From the NCBI GenBank assembly GCA_004431415.1, contig QPMI01000474.1:78913-142912 (forward strand): DNA of 64,000 bases. Direction: 5' to 3'. Positions 12,313-25,851 of the stretch are shown here, in pieces. Made by a program: the position numbers and the translations under genes. This stretch comes from Cyanophora paradoxa CCMP329. Lineage: Eukaryota; Plantae; Glaucophyta. The notes under the pieces were generated by a model, which was not told where the DNA came from, made no database searches, and saw nothing but the letters and a program-made list of their open reading frames with translations. The first letter of the stretch is position 1; each line of letters opens with the position of its first letter.

Positions 12313-14918
12313 CTACTCGTAGCTGGAGGGGTCGTAGTCCTGCGGGCGGGCCCGGGGCCGCGGCCCCCTCCACGGTCACCCAGGCCTGTGAAAGCGCGAA
12401 GACGGGCGCGGGGGGTACGCACCTCGCCGAAGAAACGGTCCACGAGCTGAGCGGAGCGGCGGGCGAGCTCCTCGTCCTAAGGGGGGAGGGATGAGGGGGG
12501 AAAGAAAGAAGGGGAAGGGGGGTAGGGGCTCCCTGACGCGCCTGCCCCATCTGTAGGCTCTCGATCGCGTCGATCCCGTCCGCCTCCTCGACCAGCCGCG
12601 GGCCCTGCAGGGGGTACGTCAGAGGGGAGGGGGGTACGGGGGGTACGGGGAGGGAGAGCGGGCCCTGGGGTGTCGCTCGAGGACCATGTGGACGAAGGAG
12701 AGGGCCGCCCGCGCGATCTCCGCGTCCGGCGCCCGCAGCAGCTGCTCCGCCTGTGAGGGGGAGGGGCGGCGCTGGGCCGGGCTGGAGGGGGGTACGCGGG
12801 CCTGGAGGAAGGGGGGTAGGCAGCCGGCCTGGACGAGGGCGACGGCGTGGCGCCCGTCCGCCCCCAGATTCGCCACCGCGAACGCGGCCTGGGGGGTACG
12901 CCATCTCAGAACAGGGGCAGGGCGGGGGTACAGGGGCACGCCTCGCGCTTGACGTCGAAGGGGGCGGAGGAGAGGAGGTGGGCGAGGGGGGGGAGGAGCC
13001 CGGCGCCCAGGGCCGCGTCCGCGTAGTCCGGGCCCGTACCCGTCACGTTCGACACGATCCAGGCCGCCTGTCGGGGTACGAGGTAAGAAACTGTGTTGTG
13101 ACCCGTACCCCCCGCGGCCTCCCACCTCCTTAGCGGTCGCGCGGTGCTCCTCGGAGGCGAGGAGGCGGCGGAGGGCCTCCAGGAAGGCGGGGCCTGCGCC
13201 GGGGAGGGGTACGGGTTCGCTGCGGCGGGGCGGGCGGGGCGCGGGGGCGGGCCCTGGTGGAGGAGGACGGCGACGTGCTCGGCGGGGCCCGAGGCGACGT
13301 TCCCGAGGGCGCGGAGGAGCGGCGTCAGCGCCCGCCCGCCCGCCGGCCGCTGCGGGTCCGCCACGCGCGCCACCTGCCGCCCCGGGGCGGTCGGCCGGAG
13401 GGGCGCGGCGCGGGCGGAAGGCCGCGGGGGGTACCATCGCGGAGACGACGCCGGCGTCGATGAGCTGCCGCGCGTTGCCGTCCTCCCCCGCCGTCAGGTA
13501 CGACCTGGGGGGGGGGGGGTACGGGTCGAAGGCTGGGGGCGGGTGCAGGGAAAGAGGGGCGCACAGGAGCCACGCGACTTCCTCCTGCGTCTCGTCGTCC
13601 TGCGGGGGAGGGGGGGGGGGGGGGGAGTCGGCGGGGCTCACGTAGGCGGCCGCGGGGTACGACACCGCGAGGGAGGCGGGGGGTTGATGGCGAGGGGGCC
13701 ACGGCCTGCGGGCGGGCGAGGGGATCGTACCCCTCCCCGACAGGAGGGGGGGAGGCGGGGGGGGGTACGGGGACGACGCCGAGGGGGAAGTAGTCGTCGA
13801 CGCGGGGGCGCGGGCCGCGGACGAGGTTCGTGAGGGCCCACGACGCCGTCTGCACCAGCGACGCCGACTGCCGCGGGACGAGGACTCGGTGACTCGGCGG
13901 GCCGGCGGCGCGGCGGGCGGGGCGGGCGGGCGGGCGGGGCGCACGCGCGCGGCGCGGAGGACGGCGATGAGGGCGGCGCGGCGCCCTCCGCCCGCAGCTG
14001 CGCGGGCCTCGCCCGGGGCGGGGGGCGCGGGGCGGGGGCGGGGGGCGGGAGGGTGGCGCGCCTTGTCGCGGAGCTCGACGCTGTCGCCGGCGATGTTGCC
14101 GAGGGCCCACGCGCCCTGCTCCTGGAGGATCTGCCCCCGCCGCTCGCAGAGGGGCGGCGCGGAGGGCCGGGGCCGGCGGGCACCGCGTCGCCGGAGGCCA
14201 CCAGAGCGATGAGCTGCGGGGAGAGGGCGGCGACGGCCGCTGTCTCCTCGTGCGTCCCGGTCGCGATGTCTGCCCGCCCGGCCGCCCCGCGCGAGTGAGC
14301 GAGCCGGCGCCGGCGCCGGGGCGCGGCGCACTCGTGCAGATCCACGCCGCCTCCATCCTGTGCTCCGCGCTCGCCTCCCCGAGGACGCGCTGCCGGCGGG
14401 GCGGGCCGGGGCGGGCCGGCTCGGGCGAGGCGAGGACGGGGCGCGCCCCGCCGGCCGGCCGCGCACCGCGAGGCGCTCGAGGAGGCCCATGGAGAGCGCG
14501 CGGGCGATGGGGGCGCCCTCCTCGGCGCTCAGCGCGCGCCGCAGCCGCCGCAGCGCCTCCGTCCGCGCCGCCGTCGCGCCCTCCTGCCGCGGCGGCGCTC
14601 AGCGGGGCGCCGGCGGCCGGCGCGCCGCCCCGCGCACGTCGAGCGCCCGAATGAGCTGCTGGAGCTCGGCGTCGGTCATCGCGGGGCCCGTGTCTGCGCT
14701 CGCTCAGCGCCAGCTGGTTCCCGCGCGGGCGCCGGCGGACCCATCTCATCTTCGCCGGCGCCGCTGGCCTTCCTGCGCTTGAGCACCTCGCCTTTGCGCT
14801 TGTCCTTGCGCAGCTCGGCGAAGGCGCGCTCCTTTTCCTTGCGCGCGGCGCCCGGGTCGAGGGTCTTCTTGTAATCCTTCGCCCGCGACGCGCCGCCCTT
14901 GCCGCCGCCGTGCTCCAT
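12313..14918 (-). CDS. importin subunit alpha (IBB plus ARM repeats), multi-exon
   Basis: IBB-like ARKEKERAFAELRKDKRKGEVLKRRK. ARM motifs EAAWICT, EQGAWALGNIAGDS, ASWALTNL, LRALGNVASG, AAWIVSNV, AAFAVANL. C-terminal VEEADGIDAIESLQ...DRFFGE then DYDPSSYE*. Confidence 0.9.
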
Positions 14919-15484
14919 TGCGCTCCCGGCGTCGACCGTCTGCCGGTCGCACGTCGGCGCGTGACGGCTGCACTGGGCGCGTGCGAAGGATGTAACTTGG
15001 CGGCCGGGGGCGATGCGGATCACCGGAGCCGCTTCGAATTCTGGCGGGCTAGTGGACAGAGCGTGTACCCAGCTGCTAAAGCACCCGGTACCCCGTCTCA
15101 GTGTGATCCCCCGCATGAATAATATTATAGCTCGATCGTCCGCGCTCGTGCACGATCGAACCGGTTCGCGTTTTCCCAGCTTTTCGGCGGGCCGGCTCAC
15201 GGCCCGGGTACCGGGCCACGGCAGGCTCCAGAGGCGCGCCGACGCGCCCGGCGGCCACCTCCGATATCGATTCCGCTTAAGCTCTTAGAGACCGGAAGAA
15301 CGCCTCGAGTGATCGCCGATCGGAGCTGACAGCCTGGCAGGCTAGCTGCAGCTGGCGCCGGCAGGTTGGAAAGAGAAGAGATCGGAGCCGCGTAAGCTTC
15401 GTCTAGCTGAGCACTTGCAGCATGCTGGCCTGTTAGCCGAAGGCCGCTGAAGTCCCGCGCACCCACGTTGCGTCGGCCGCGGCC

Positions 15485-18400
15485 ATGGAAGGAGGACGGC
15501 GCCGGAGCCAGCGGGCATGGAAGCGGTGTCGGAGGCCAGCGGGCCCCCACGGGCCCCCGTGTTCGCGCTGGCGCGTGCGCCCTTCCGCAGCGGCAGGGCA
15601 TCTAGATGTGTTTAGAGCCGTGCAAGCGTGCCTCCTTGTGGCGCTCGCCCTCCCCGGCTCGGCGACGGCGAATCCAGCGGCAGTGACAGTCATCATCGGG
15701 GGGTGCGTGCCTTGTGATTGCGCCCAGCCACGCTCGTCCCCCCCTCGGCTCCGGCGTCTCGTGCCGGCCGCGGAGCTCCCGGTGACGAGACTGAGCCCGG
15801 CGCAGGACGTTCCAGCTGGCGCAGCCGGAGGGCGCCACGCTGGCCGACATCTTCGTCTTCGCCGTGGGCGAGGCGAACCGCACGCTCGCCCCGCCGGGCT
15901 TCGAGTTCGCGCCCCTCGTCGCCGACCAGGTCCGATCTTGGCTTTCGGCCCCCCCCCTCCCCTCCCTGCGCTGGCAGCGCCCGCCGCCCACGCCCGGCCG
16001 CCCCTCCGCCGCAGGGCCTCAACGCGAACGCCGCCGTCGGTTCCGGTGCGCGCGCGCCCTTGCTGGAACGCCGCTTCAAGGCTTGCACATTGCACAGAGG
16101 CCGAGGCTGGCGCTGACACTCACCCCCCCCTCCCCTTCACCCCCCCAAAAACACACACGCAGCGGTCTCCCTCGCCGGGGCCGGCGCTGCTATCATTATC
16201 GGGGTGAGCGCCCCCCCCTGCGCACCCCTTGCGCGCGCCCCTCGGCTGAGAGCGCGGCGCAGCTGCGGACGTCTGCGGCCGCCCAGCCGATGGTGCCCCG
16301 CCTCGCCCCGCGGCCTCGGGCCTCGCCTCGCCTTGCCGGGCGCTGAGGGGCGGGCCGGGGCCGGCGCAGTCGTACGCGCTGAACAACTACGAGCTCACGC
16401 ACATATCCGTCACGGCCACCGCGCCGACCTTCTCCAACAAGGCCGAGGCCCGCCCTCCCCACTCGATCCCCCCTCGCCCCAGCCCCCCTCCCAACACCCC
16501 CCGCCCCCCCCGCCGCGCAGTTCCCGTACTACGGGCGGGTGGTGCCGAGCGACGCGCTGCAGGGCCCGGCGATCGCGGAGGTCCTCGCCGCCTTCGGCTG
16601 GCGCCGCCTCTCCATCGCGTTCACCCTCGACGTCTACGGTGAGCCGGCCGGCGAGCCGCTCTCGACGACCCAGCCGGGTTTCCTTGAGGGCGCCGCTGAC
16701 GCCCGGGGCCGGGGCGCGGTGCAGGCCAGGGCATCTCGGCGAGCTTCGCGGAGCGGGCGCGGGCGCTGAACCTGACCCTCGCCGCCTCCGCCTCGTTCTT
16801 CCCCTCGGCGGACCCCGCGGCGGCGGTGGCGGCGCTGCGGGCGGCCGAGGCGCGCGTCGTCGTCCTCGCGATGCTCCACGCCGACGCGGCCCGCTTCGTG
16901 GCCGCCGCGCTCGCCGCCGGCATGACCGGCGACCAGTACGCCTACCTCTGCAGCGACTCCCTCGGTGACCGAACGCCCACCGCTTTCCTTCCTCCCTTTC
17001 TTGTAGAGCCCACGTTCTCCTTCTCTTTGATCCGAGGGACGAAACAAACCCCTTTAAAAATCCTCTTTGCTCTTAAGCTTCAAACCAGCAAGCGAAGCTT
17101 CGCCGCCCCCGCCATCTTTCTGAAGGGCGGCGCGGCAGCGGTGGAGACGTCGCTGGTGGGGAAGCCGGCGGCCGTCCTCGCGGCGATGGACGGGATGCTG
17201 GGCGTGCGGACTTTCGCCGGCTCGGCCTCCTCGGACGCCTTCGCCGACCTCGAGCGCGGCTGGGCCGCCGCCGAGGCCGCCCGCCCTCTACGGCCGCCCC
17301 GGGCGATCCCCTACTACGGCCTCTTCACGTGGGACGCCGTGCAGGCGTCGGCGCGCGCCCTCGCCTCGCTGCCCCGCGAGGCGCTCCGCAACGCCTCCGC
17401 ATCGGCCCCGGGCCCCAGCGGCCCCGGAGGCCTCCGCAAGAGCCCCCTCGGCCAGGTGCCCGCGGCCGCGCCTCCTCCGCCCCTTCCCTTCTTCATTTTC
17501 GCGGCAGCGGCTGTACGCGTCGCTGGTGGGGACGCGGTTCGAGGGGGTGACGGGCCCCGTGGCCTTCACTGCGGCCGGGGACCGCGTGGGCATCTACGAG
17601 CTCGTCAACCTGCGGGGCGGCGCCTGGGCCCGCGTCGCTACCTACGACCCCGCCCGCGGCCTCGACCCTCCCCGCCCCGCCGTCCGCTTCTTCGGCGGGC
17701 GCCCCGACCCGCCCTCGGACCGCCTCTCCTGCCCCGCCGGCAACGCGCGCCCGCCCCGCCCCGCCCCCTTGGCTTGACTCCAGCTGAGCCGGCCCCCTCT
17801 CCACAGGTTCCGGACGGGCAGGGGGTCGGGTGCGTCCCGTGCCCCGCCGGCTCCTTCGCCGCCCGCCCCGGCTCGGCCGCCTGCGCCCCCTGCCCCCAGG
17901 GCTTCGCCGCCCCCGACGCCGGCTCCGCCTCCTGCGCCCCGTGCGAGCCCCGCCCCCCTTCCTTCTCCCGATCCGATGATCTGACGATCTCTGCGCAGGT
18001 GCGAGCCCGGGAGCTTCCAGGACCGCGTGGGGCAGACGGCCTGCGTCCTCGCCGACCCGGGCTTCTACGTCCCCTCCCCCAACGCCTCCGCCCCGCTCCC
18101 CTGCCCCGGTCCGCCCCTAGCGACCCCTCCCGCGCTGCTCGTCCGCTCACCTGTTCGCGGGCAGCGCTGGCGACGACGCGGCGGCAGGGGGCGCTGCGGG
18201 CCTCGGAGTGCCACTGCGCGCGCTCGACGTACGCGCCGGGCCCCTTTGGCGACGTCGCCGGCCCCGCCGCCAAGTGCCTCGCCTGCCCCGCGGGGGCCTA
18301 CTGCGACGGGCCCCTCCCGCCCCGCGCCCTCCCGGGCTTCTACGAGGCCCCCTGGGCCCGCTTCACCGGCTTCCAGCGCTGTCCGGAGGCGGAGGCCTGC

Positions 18401-21400
18401 CTCGGGGGCCCGGAGCCGGCCCCCGCCGTCCTTCAAGCGGCCGCCCTCAACCAGAGCCTCTCGTTCGCCCTCGCACCGCCCCCCGAGGCCTGCGCGCCGG
18501 GGTACGAGGGCCCGCTCTGCTCGGTGTGCACGGAGGGGTACGGGCGCGGGGGCCCCTTCCAGTGCGCGCCCTGCATGCCGGCCGAGGCGATCTGGTTCAT
18601 CGTCGCCGCCGGTGCGCCCCGATGGAATCGAGCACCTCGAGTAGGTACAGGCGGCTCCTGACGCGGCGCTCCGCGGCCCCCAGGCGCCCTCGCGATCGTC
18701 CTCGGGATCCTCCTCCTCGTCGTCCGCACGTGCGCGCGCTCCTCGAGCCCTCGCCCTCGCCCTCCGCCGCGGCAGCCTGAGGGGCGTGGCCCCCAGGGTG
18801 AAGTCGGCGCTGAAGCCGGCGGCGCGGGGCCCCGTCTACATCAAGATCCTCCTCTCCTACGTCCAGCTCCTCTCCTTCTGCAAGTTCTCCACCCCCTGGA
18901 GTGAGCCGCTTCGAGCTCTCCAGAACAGATTAAGCATCATCGAGCCGCCGCGCTGACTGCTGTGCCCGGCAGCGGCGGCGCTGAACGGCTTCTTCCGGGT
19001 GGCCTCCTCGGGGGTCTCCCCCCTCGACACCGTCTTCTCTGCCGACTGCGCCCTCCGCAACCGCCGCGGCTCCTTCGACTTCTACGGTGCCGCCCCGTAC
19101 CCCCCCTTCCTTTCCTTTCCTTTTCCTTTCCTTTTCGCGCCTTTTCTTTTCTTTTCTTATGGACCGCAGACCGCCTGCGCATCGTCGTCGGGGCCCCCGG
19201 CGTGCGCCCGTGCCCCTCTGATTCTGAGCCCGCCCGCCTCGCCCCGCCCTGCTGATCGGGCCGCAGGTGGCGCTCCTGGTCGCGCTCTTCGTGTTCCTCG
19301 TTGGCCGCTTCTCCTCGCGCGCCCGCCGCCTCCTCGCCGACAAGGAGGCGGCATCCCCCCTCTCCGGCTCCCCCCGCGCCTCCGCCCCCGGCCCCGGCCC
19401 CGGCCCGGCCCCGGGCCTGGCGCCCTCGAACGTCGTCGCCCGGCGCTACGTCGACGAGGAGGCGGGGAGCGAGGCGGGGCGGGACTCGCCGGCCTCGCGC
19501 TCCTCGCTGATCCCCGGCGGCCCCGCGGTGCCGACGCCGCCGGGCGGGCACGCGAGGCGGGCGCGGGCCGGCGCTCGGTGCTGGGCTCCCTCGACGACCT
19601 GCGGGCGGCGGCGGCGGAGTACCGGCGCTCGTCGGTGGCGTCGGACGCCGACCGCTACGGCGCCGGCCTCCTCCTCGCCACGATGAGCCTCCACGCCGAG
19701 CTCGGGTCCGGCGCCGCCCGCCGCGGCAGCGGCGAGGGGAGGGACCCGGCTCCGCCTCGGCCCCCGGCGGCGGCGGGGGCGGCCGGCGCAAGGCGTCGGT
19801 TTCGGGGCGCCGCCTCTCGCGCGCCATGCGCTCCGTCTCCTCCATTGCGGCCAAGGCGCGCCCCCGCCCCCCGGCGCCAGCAGCTCGCCCCGCGCGTACG
19901 CGGCCCCCTCACGCGACCGCCCGCGCGCAGTTCTACGTGCCGTCCGCCGCGGACTACTTCTGGTCGTCGACGATCCTGCTCGTCTTCCTTCTGCACCCCG
20001 CCATCACCGAGACCGTCCTCCTCGCCTTCCGCTGCACCTCCGTCCAGGCCCGCCCGCCCCGTCCCAACTCCTCTCCTTTCCTCGACTTCGAAGCGATCTC
20101 GAGGCGAGCGCAGGGGCGGCGCTTCCTGTACGCCGACCTCCGCATCGACTGCGAGGGGGACGACTTCCGGCGCTCGACCCTCGGCCTCGCCCTCCCCGCC
20201 CTCTTCTCCCGTCCGCTGCTCTCCCCGCCCCCGCCCTCAGCCCCAGCCCCGGCTCAGGCGCGGGCCCCGCAGACGTGCTCCTGATGGGCTTCGCCCCCTT
20301 CGGGTTCCTCGTGTGGAAGCGGCGCGCGATCTTCGCGCCGCACCTGCGGACGCGCTTCGCGTTCCTCACCCGCGGCTACCGCCTCCGCGTCGTCTACTGG
20401 GAGGCCTTCGCCGTCGCCCGCAAGGCCCGCCCCGCCCCGCTGGAGCTCAGCCGAGCTCAGCTGAGCCTCGGGCGGGCAGATCCTCGTCGTCTTCATCGCC
20501 GTCTTCCTCTCCGAGGCGGCCTCGGCGCAGGCCCTCTCGGCCATCGGCGCCCTCGTCCTCAGTCAGCCGCCGCCGGCACCTCAGTCAGCCGTCGCCGCCC
20601 CTCGCCCCCTCTGAGAGGGGCCGGGGCGCGTGGCGCAGCGACGGCGGTGGCGGCGAAGGTGCAGCCCTTCGAGTTCCGCGAGGCGAACATCCTCGTGCGC
20701 CGCCCCCGCGCCCCCGCGCCCGCCCCGCCCGTCTCCCCCGCCCCTCACGGCCTCGCGCGCCCGCGCAGGAGACGTTCGCGGGCGTCTGCGTCACCATCTC
20801 CGTCTTCGGCGGCGCCTTCCTCACCGTGCGCAGCGCCGCCGGGCGGGCTCTCCAGCGCAGCGAGCGCTGGCTCGACCTCACGCGCCGCGCAGGTGGAGGC
20901 CGCCGAGGAGGCCGCGGGCGCCGCCGGCGGCTCGGGCTCGGGCTCCGGCCCGCAGCTCTCCGGGGAGCGGCAGGCGGCGATCGCGGCGACGGTGCTCGCC
21001 ATCAACTGCGCCTTCCTCGCCACCTGGGCCTACTACTTCCTCCGCGAGGCCGGCGCCCGCCTCGCGGCCCTCGCCTCCCGCCTCCGCCCCTCCCTCTCCG
21101 CCGCCGCCCCCGTCTCCCCGGCCCGCCCGCCCCCGCCTCCCGCCCCGACCTCGACCCCAGCCCGCCTCCCCGCCCCCGCTTCCCGCCGCCAAGGACGCCG
21201 GGGAGGGCGCCGACGGCGGCGCCGACGCGGCGGCGGCGCCGCGGGCGGTGCTGGACGGCGCCGGCATCTGGTCGCGCTTCGGCGGCTCGGGCCCCTTCGT
21301 CGTGCCGTCGCCGCCGCCCCGCCCGCCGCGGGCCGTGCGGGGCCCCAAGCCGGCCCCCTCGGGCGCTTCGCTCGCCGGGGCCGGCCCGGAGCCGCCCCTC

Positions 21401-21964
21401 GCCCTCGTCTTTGCCCTCCAGACGGACTACTGCTCGGCCGGTGAGGACAGCGCCGCGCGGCCCGGCTCCAGCCGCCAGTCCTCCTCCTTCCTCCTCGACG
21501 AGCCGCCGCCCGCGGCCAAGCTGGCGGCCGCCTCCGCCGCCCCGCCGCCGCCGCCGCCGCCGCCGATTGCGGGCTGGCCGCGCTGGGGAGCCTGGGGCCC
21601 GAGAGCGAGTTCGAGGGCGAGGGCGAGGGCGAGGGAGGCGGCTTCGGAGGAGCGGGCGGGGCGCTGGCGCCGGAGGACGAGGGGCCGCCCCGATGCCCCA
21701 GAAGAGGATGAGGATGATGATGATGAGGGGGAGGAGGAGGAGGAGGAGGAGGAGGAGGAGGAGGAGGAGGAGGGGGGGGCGGTGGCGGAGGTGCACCCCT
21801 GGGCGTCTTCCGCGCTCTGCTTTCCGGCGCCCTTCCTGGCGCGCGGGTTCGCCGGCAGAGGCGGCGGCGGCGGCGGCGGGGGCCGCCGGAGGGTCTCCGC
21901 GTCTCTCGCCAGCAGCTCCTCGGCGCGCTCGAGCACCGCCCTCGCCCCGCCCGAAGAGGCCTGA
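15485..21964 (+). CDS. membrane receptor: ANF-receptor/Venus-flytrap domain, Cys-rich (ephrin-receptor-like) repeats and multi-pass TM region, multi-exon
   Basis: Signal-like LLVALALPGSA. ISVTATAPTFSNKAE|FPYYGRVVPSDALQG and FEGVTGPVAFTAAGDR (ANF_receptor-like). CxxCPAG repeats. TM region with KILLSYVQLL, FLYADLRIDC, YRLRVVYWE, KVQPF. Start uncertain. Confidence 0.75.
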
Positions 21965-22558
21965 GGCCCTGCCGCCGCCCCGGCGCCCCGCCCCATGCCA
22001 TTCCCTTGCTGCTCTTCTTGATGCCCATGGCCACTAGTAGTGTCTGCATTCGGATTCTATTTAATCATGATCACTCAGTGCCCGGGGCCCGCTTATCATT
22101 GTACTTTTTCTGCCCGGCCATGGATAGAATATTAATCTATTATTTCGAAGCTTGTTTGTTCAGCTTAATCAACAGCTCGAACTTTTTCACGTCGGATCTT
22201 TTCACAGATCTAGAGTGATTGTTTTCCAGTAGTACTAGTGTCATAGTATTTCCACAATTCCACAGTTCTCATAGTATTTATTCCAGTTATATTCCTTCTG
22301 CCTCGGCCGACGCGTCTGTCTCGAAGTAGTTGTATTTTCCTTGCTCGTGATCATGATCATTTAAACTCGATTGATGACTAAGTGATGGTAATTCACCAAA
22401 AAAAAGGCCCAGTGGCCTCGAAAAAGCGCAGGATATTCTTGATTTCTAATTACCAGGTACCTGGTAATCTACGTAAGCGCACGTGATTGAACCCCTACCC
22501 CAGTCCCTCGAGCTCGCAGCCCCCGCTGCTACGGCCATGGGATCCGATGATCATTCGA

Positions 22559-24990
22559 TCACCAGTGCAAGGGGGAGGAGCACTCGCGCCCCGCGAACAT
22601 GTCGCCGATGGCGCCCGCCGCCTCCAGGCCCTCGCGCCCCGCGTGCATGGCCGGCGGGCCGCACAGCTCGACCCCCACGGCGACCCCGGGCCCCAGGCGC
22701 GCCTGCAGGATCTGCGCGCCGTCGGGCGGGGCGGGGCGGGGCGCGCAGCTTCGGGCCCGCTCGCACGGACCTGGTAGGGCGCGAGGGGCGGGGCGTGCGG
22801 GGAGTAGGACCGGATGCGGAGGCGGCGGAGGGCGGGAGGGCGGCGACCGCCTCGGCCTCCTCGGCCTCCAGCGCCCGCCCGAGGTGGAGCCCGAGCTCCG
22901 TGAGCGCCCGCCGCGCCCCGGCGCTGGCGAGGACGGCGACGACGTCGGCCGCCCCGAAGAGGGCGTGCGCGTCATCCTCGCCGGGCCCGAAGGTGATGTC
23001 TGCGCGCGCGGGCGGTGGCGGGCGGGGGCGGGAGGGGGGCCCTTTGGGAGGGCCGGCCGTGCGGGGGCACCGGTGAAGTCCAGCTTGAGGGTCGCGAGGC
23101 GGGTTAGGCCCGAGAGGGCCTCTCCCAGGGTCCGCGCCGCGCCGGGCGCGTACGGGCGGAACGAGAGCTCGAGGTCCACGAGGGCGCGCCGCGCGCCGGG
23201 GCTCTCGAGGACGGCCACCGCCCCCTCCGACGTCGCCTCGTCGAAGCAGCCTGCGCGGCGTCGGCGTCGGCTGCGGCGCGCTAGCTCAGCGGCCGCCGCC
23301 GGCTGCGCACCCGGGGAGACGGCGAAGACGTCCCACTTGAGGCGCAGGGCCTCGAGGCGGGGCAGGGCGGCGAGGGCCGCCGCGAGGGCGCGCGCGACGC
23401 CCAGCGTCCTCTCGTCGTCCTCGTAGCCCGCGGAGACGAGCAGGGACGCCTCCCGCAGCGCCGCCGCCCCCCGCAGCGCCAGCACCGCTCCCCCCTCCAC
23501 CTCGTTATCTGATATCTGCCGCCGAGCCGAAGCTGAGGTGGTCTGGGGAGGGCGCAGGCGAGTGGGCGAAGGGGGGCGGCGCCTGGAGCGTGTGGAAGGA
23601 CTCGAGACGAGGCATGCGGGCGAGGGCGAGGAATGTCGCCTCGTCCGCCCGCACGGACACGCCGTGCCCGTCCGCCGCCGCCAGCTCCCCGCCGCCCGCC
23701 AGCTCCGCCTCGCCCTCCCTGAGCCGGGCCCTCAGCGGGGTACGCCAAGCCAAGCGAGATGAGCTGATTGCGAGCACGTGAGTAGGGCGCTGTTCTGGAC
23801 GAGGGCGATGCTCCGGAGGCTCCGGCCGGCGGCGCCGTCGGCGAGCGCCGCGAAGCCTCCCCGCGGCTCGAAGCAGCCGCCGGGGCCGATCGGGAACTGC
23901 AGCGCGAGCCGCTCGAGGTGGGCCAGTCGGGCGAGCTCGGCCAGGACGCCGTCCGCCGCCTCGCGCGAGCGGCGCAGGCTGACGGCGACGCTGCGGAGGA
24001 GCGGGCAGGCGCCGGCGACGGCGGCGGCCGCCTCCGGGCTGAGCGCCATGAGGGGCTCGTCGAAGGCGAGGGTCAGCGAGCGCAGGCCGCCGAGGGGCCC
24101 CAGCGCCTCCCGCAGCTCGCCGGCGGGCGGCCAGGGCGCGCGGCCGGCGGGGAACTCCTCGTAGAGGTCTGCGAGCTCGTCGTCCGTGCCGCCGAACTCG
24201 TGGCCCCAGCGGAAGCCGACCCGCAGGCTCTCCAGGCTCGGGAGGCTCCGGCCGAGCGTTCTCAGCAGGTGGAGCAGGTGGATGCGGAACGAGGCGCCCT
24301 CCGCCTGGCCCCCCAGGTCGCCAGTCGGCTGCTCGAGCCCGCCCCCCTCGCCTCGCCCGTCCCCGAGGAACTCGAAGCTCACGGCCGCCGGGCGCGCCCG
24401 GCCGCAGATGGCCAAAAGGAGCGTGAACGCCGCCGCGTCCTTGAGCACGTTGCGCCCCGCCGCCTCTTCCGAGCCCTCCTGCGAGAGCCGCAGGCGGAGG
24501 CTGACGCTGGCGCCCGCGCCGAGCCGCAGCTTCCTCTTCAGAAACAGGAACGGGAGCTTTGCGGCCCAGCTCGTGTGCCGGTCGTCCACGTCCAAGCCGT
24601 TCGCGTAGAGGGACATCGCGCCGTCCAGCTCGTCGTGGCTGCAGGAGCAGCTTTCCACGAAGGCCTCGCCCGCGTCCAGTTCGAAGCTCTCCCACTCTGT
24701 CTCCTCGATCACGCGCCGCCACCGCCTGCCGCCCACCGCACTCTTAGAGCGCAGCTGCAGCGGGCCGGGCGCGGCGGGACGAAAGAACGCGGATCGGACC
24801 TGCACACGCCGCGCAACGTCCAGCTCGCCCGCAGCCCGAGTTCTTCGAACACGCAGCTCATCACCGCGTCTGGAAGCGCATCGAACGGAGCCGCCCCCTT
24901 TAGAGCTCGAGGCTCGGCTGGCGCTGGCGCTTCGACGCGCGCTCGCTTCTCCGCGCGCTCTCCCGACGAGCTCCCAGCGTCAGCCGACAT
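22559..24990 (-). CDS. F-box / LRR-like protein, multi-exon
   Basis: FDALPDAVMSCVFEELGLRASWTLRGVCR|RWRRVI (F-box), followed by LxxLxxLxL repeats. Confidence 0.8.
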
Positions 24991-25851
24991 CGCCCAGTAC
25001 TAGTGCTCACACTTGAGATCCCCGAAGGCCTGCAGCTCGAGCTCAACGCGTACGAGTCAGTCGAGCTCGAGCGCCATGTCATACGCCGCGCCGCGCGCGC
25101 ATGCACATGCCGGCACCCTGGCTATGACCGGGGCACTCGCACCTCGAGCTCGCAGTCCGCCGCCGCAGCCGGCGAGCGCGCGCAGGTGATCGGCGGGGAT
25201 GCGTGTCGTACCCCGGCCGCGCCGCGCCGGGAGCCACTGGGGCCACAGCCTTAACGCGCTTGCGCATGCGCGTGCTGTTAACGTTCAACGGTTGCGCTGA
25301 TCATGATAATGACTAGTGCTCATGATCATGATCAAGTGCCGCCCTAGGCCTCACCACAGCCGTATACTGCAGTTCGCTGTTGCACTGTTCAATTGCAACT
25401 TGCACATGTACAGTTCGCTGCTGCGCAATTAATATTAATCATTGAATATTGCAAGAGTGCCGCCGTCGACCGTCGACGTCGACGTCGGGGAGGCGCACTG
25501 GCGCAGGCGTCGAGTCGTACCCCAGCCCCCAGCTCGGGGGGAGGGGGCCCTCAGGGGGGGTGTGCGCTGCGGGCCTGCGGCCCAAAAACCAATTGCAAAT
25601 TTGCAATTGCAAGGTGGGCGGATCCACTGCCGGGCCAGTGGACGTGCCGGCGCCGCATGGCCACTGGCCAGTGGAAGCTGCTCCGGTAGGGTACATAGTA
25701 AGATCATTGAAGGGGCTGCAATTAATTGCGCAACTTGCCTGCACGCTGCAGCTAGCGCTGGCAGCTGCAAATTCCCTGCAATCGCATCTGACTCAGTGAC
25801 GCATCACCAGATTCGCATGCGCAAGCCTGGCAAGGCCGCGCGCCACGCGTA

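Noticed and set aside
5552-25003. Many long Arg/Pro/Ala/Gly-rich ORFs (e.g. 18999-22037, 9280-10932)
   Set aside because: These are shadow frames and read-through introns caused by very high GC. The real genes are spliced.
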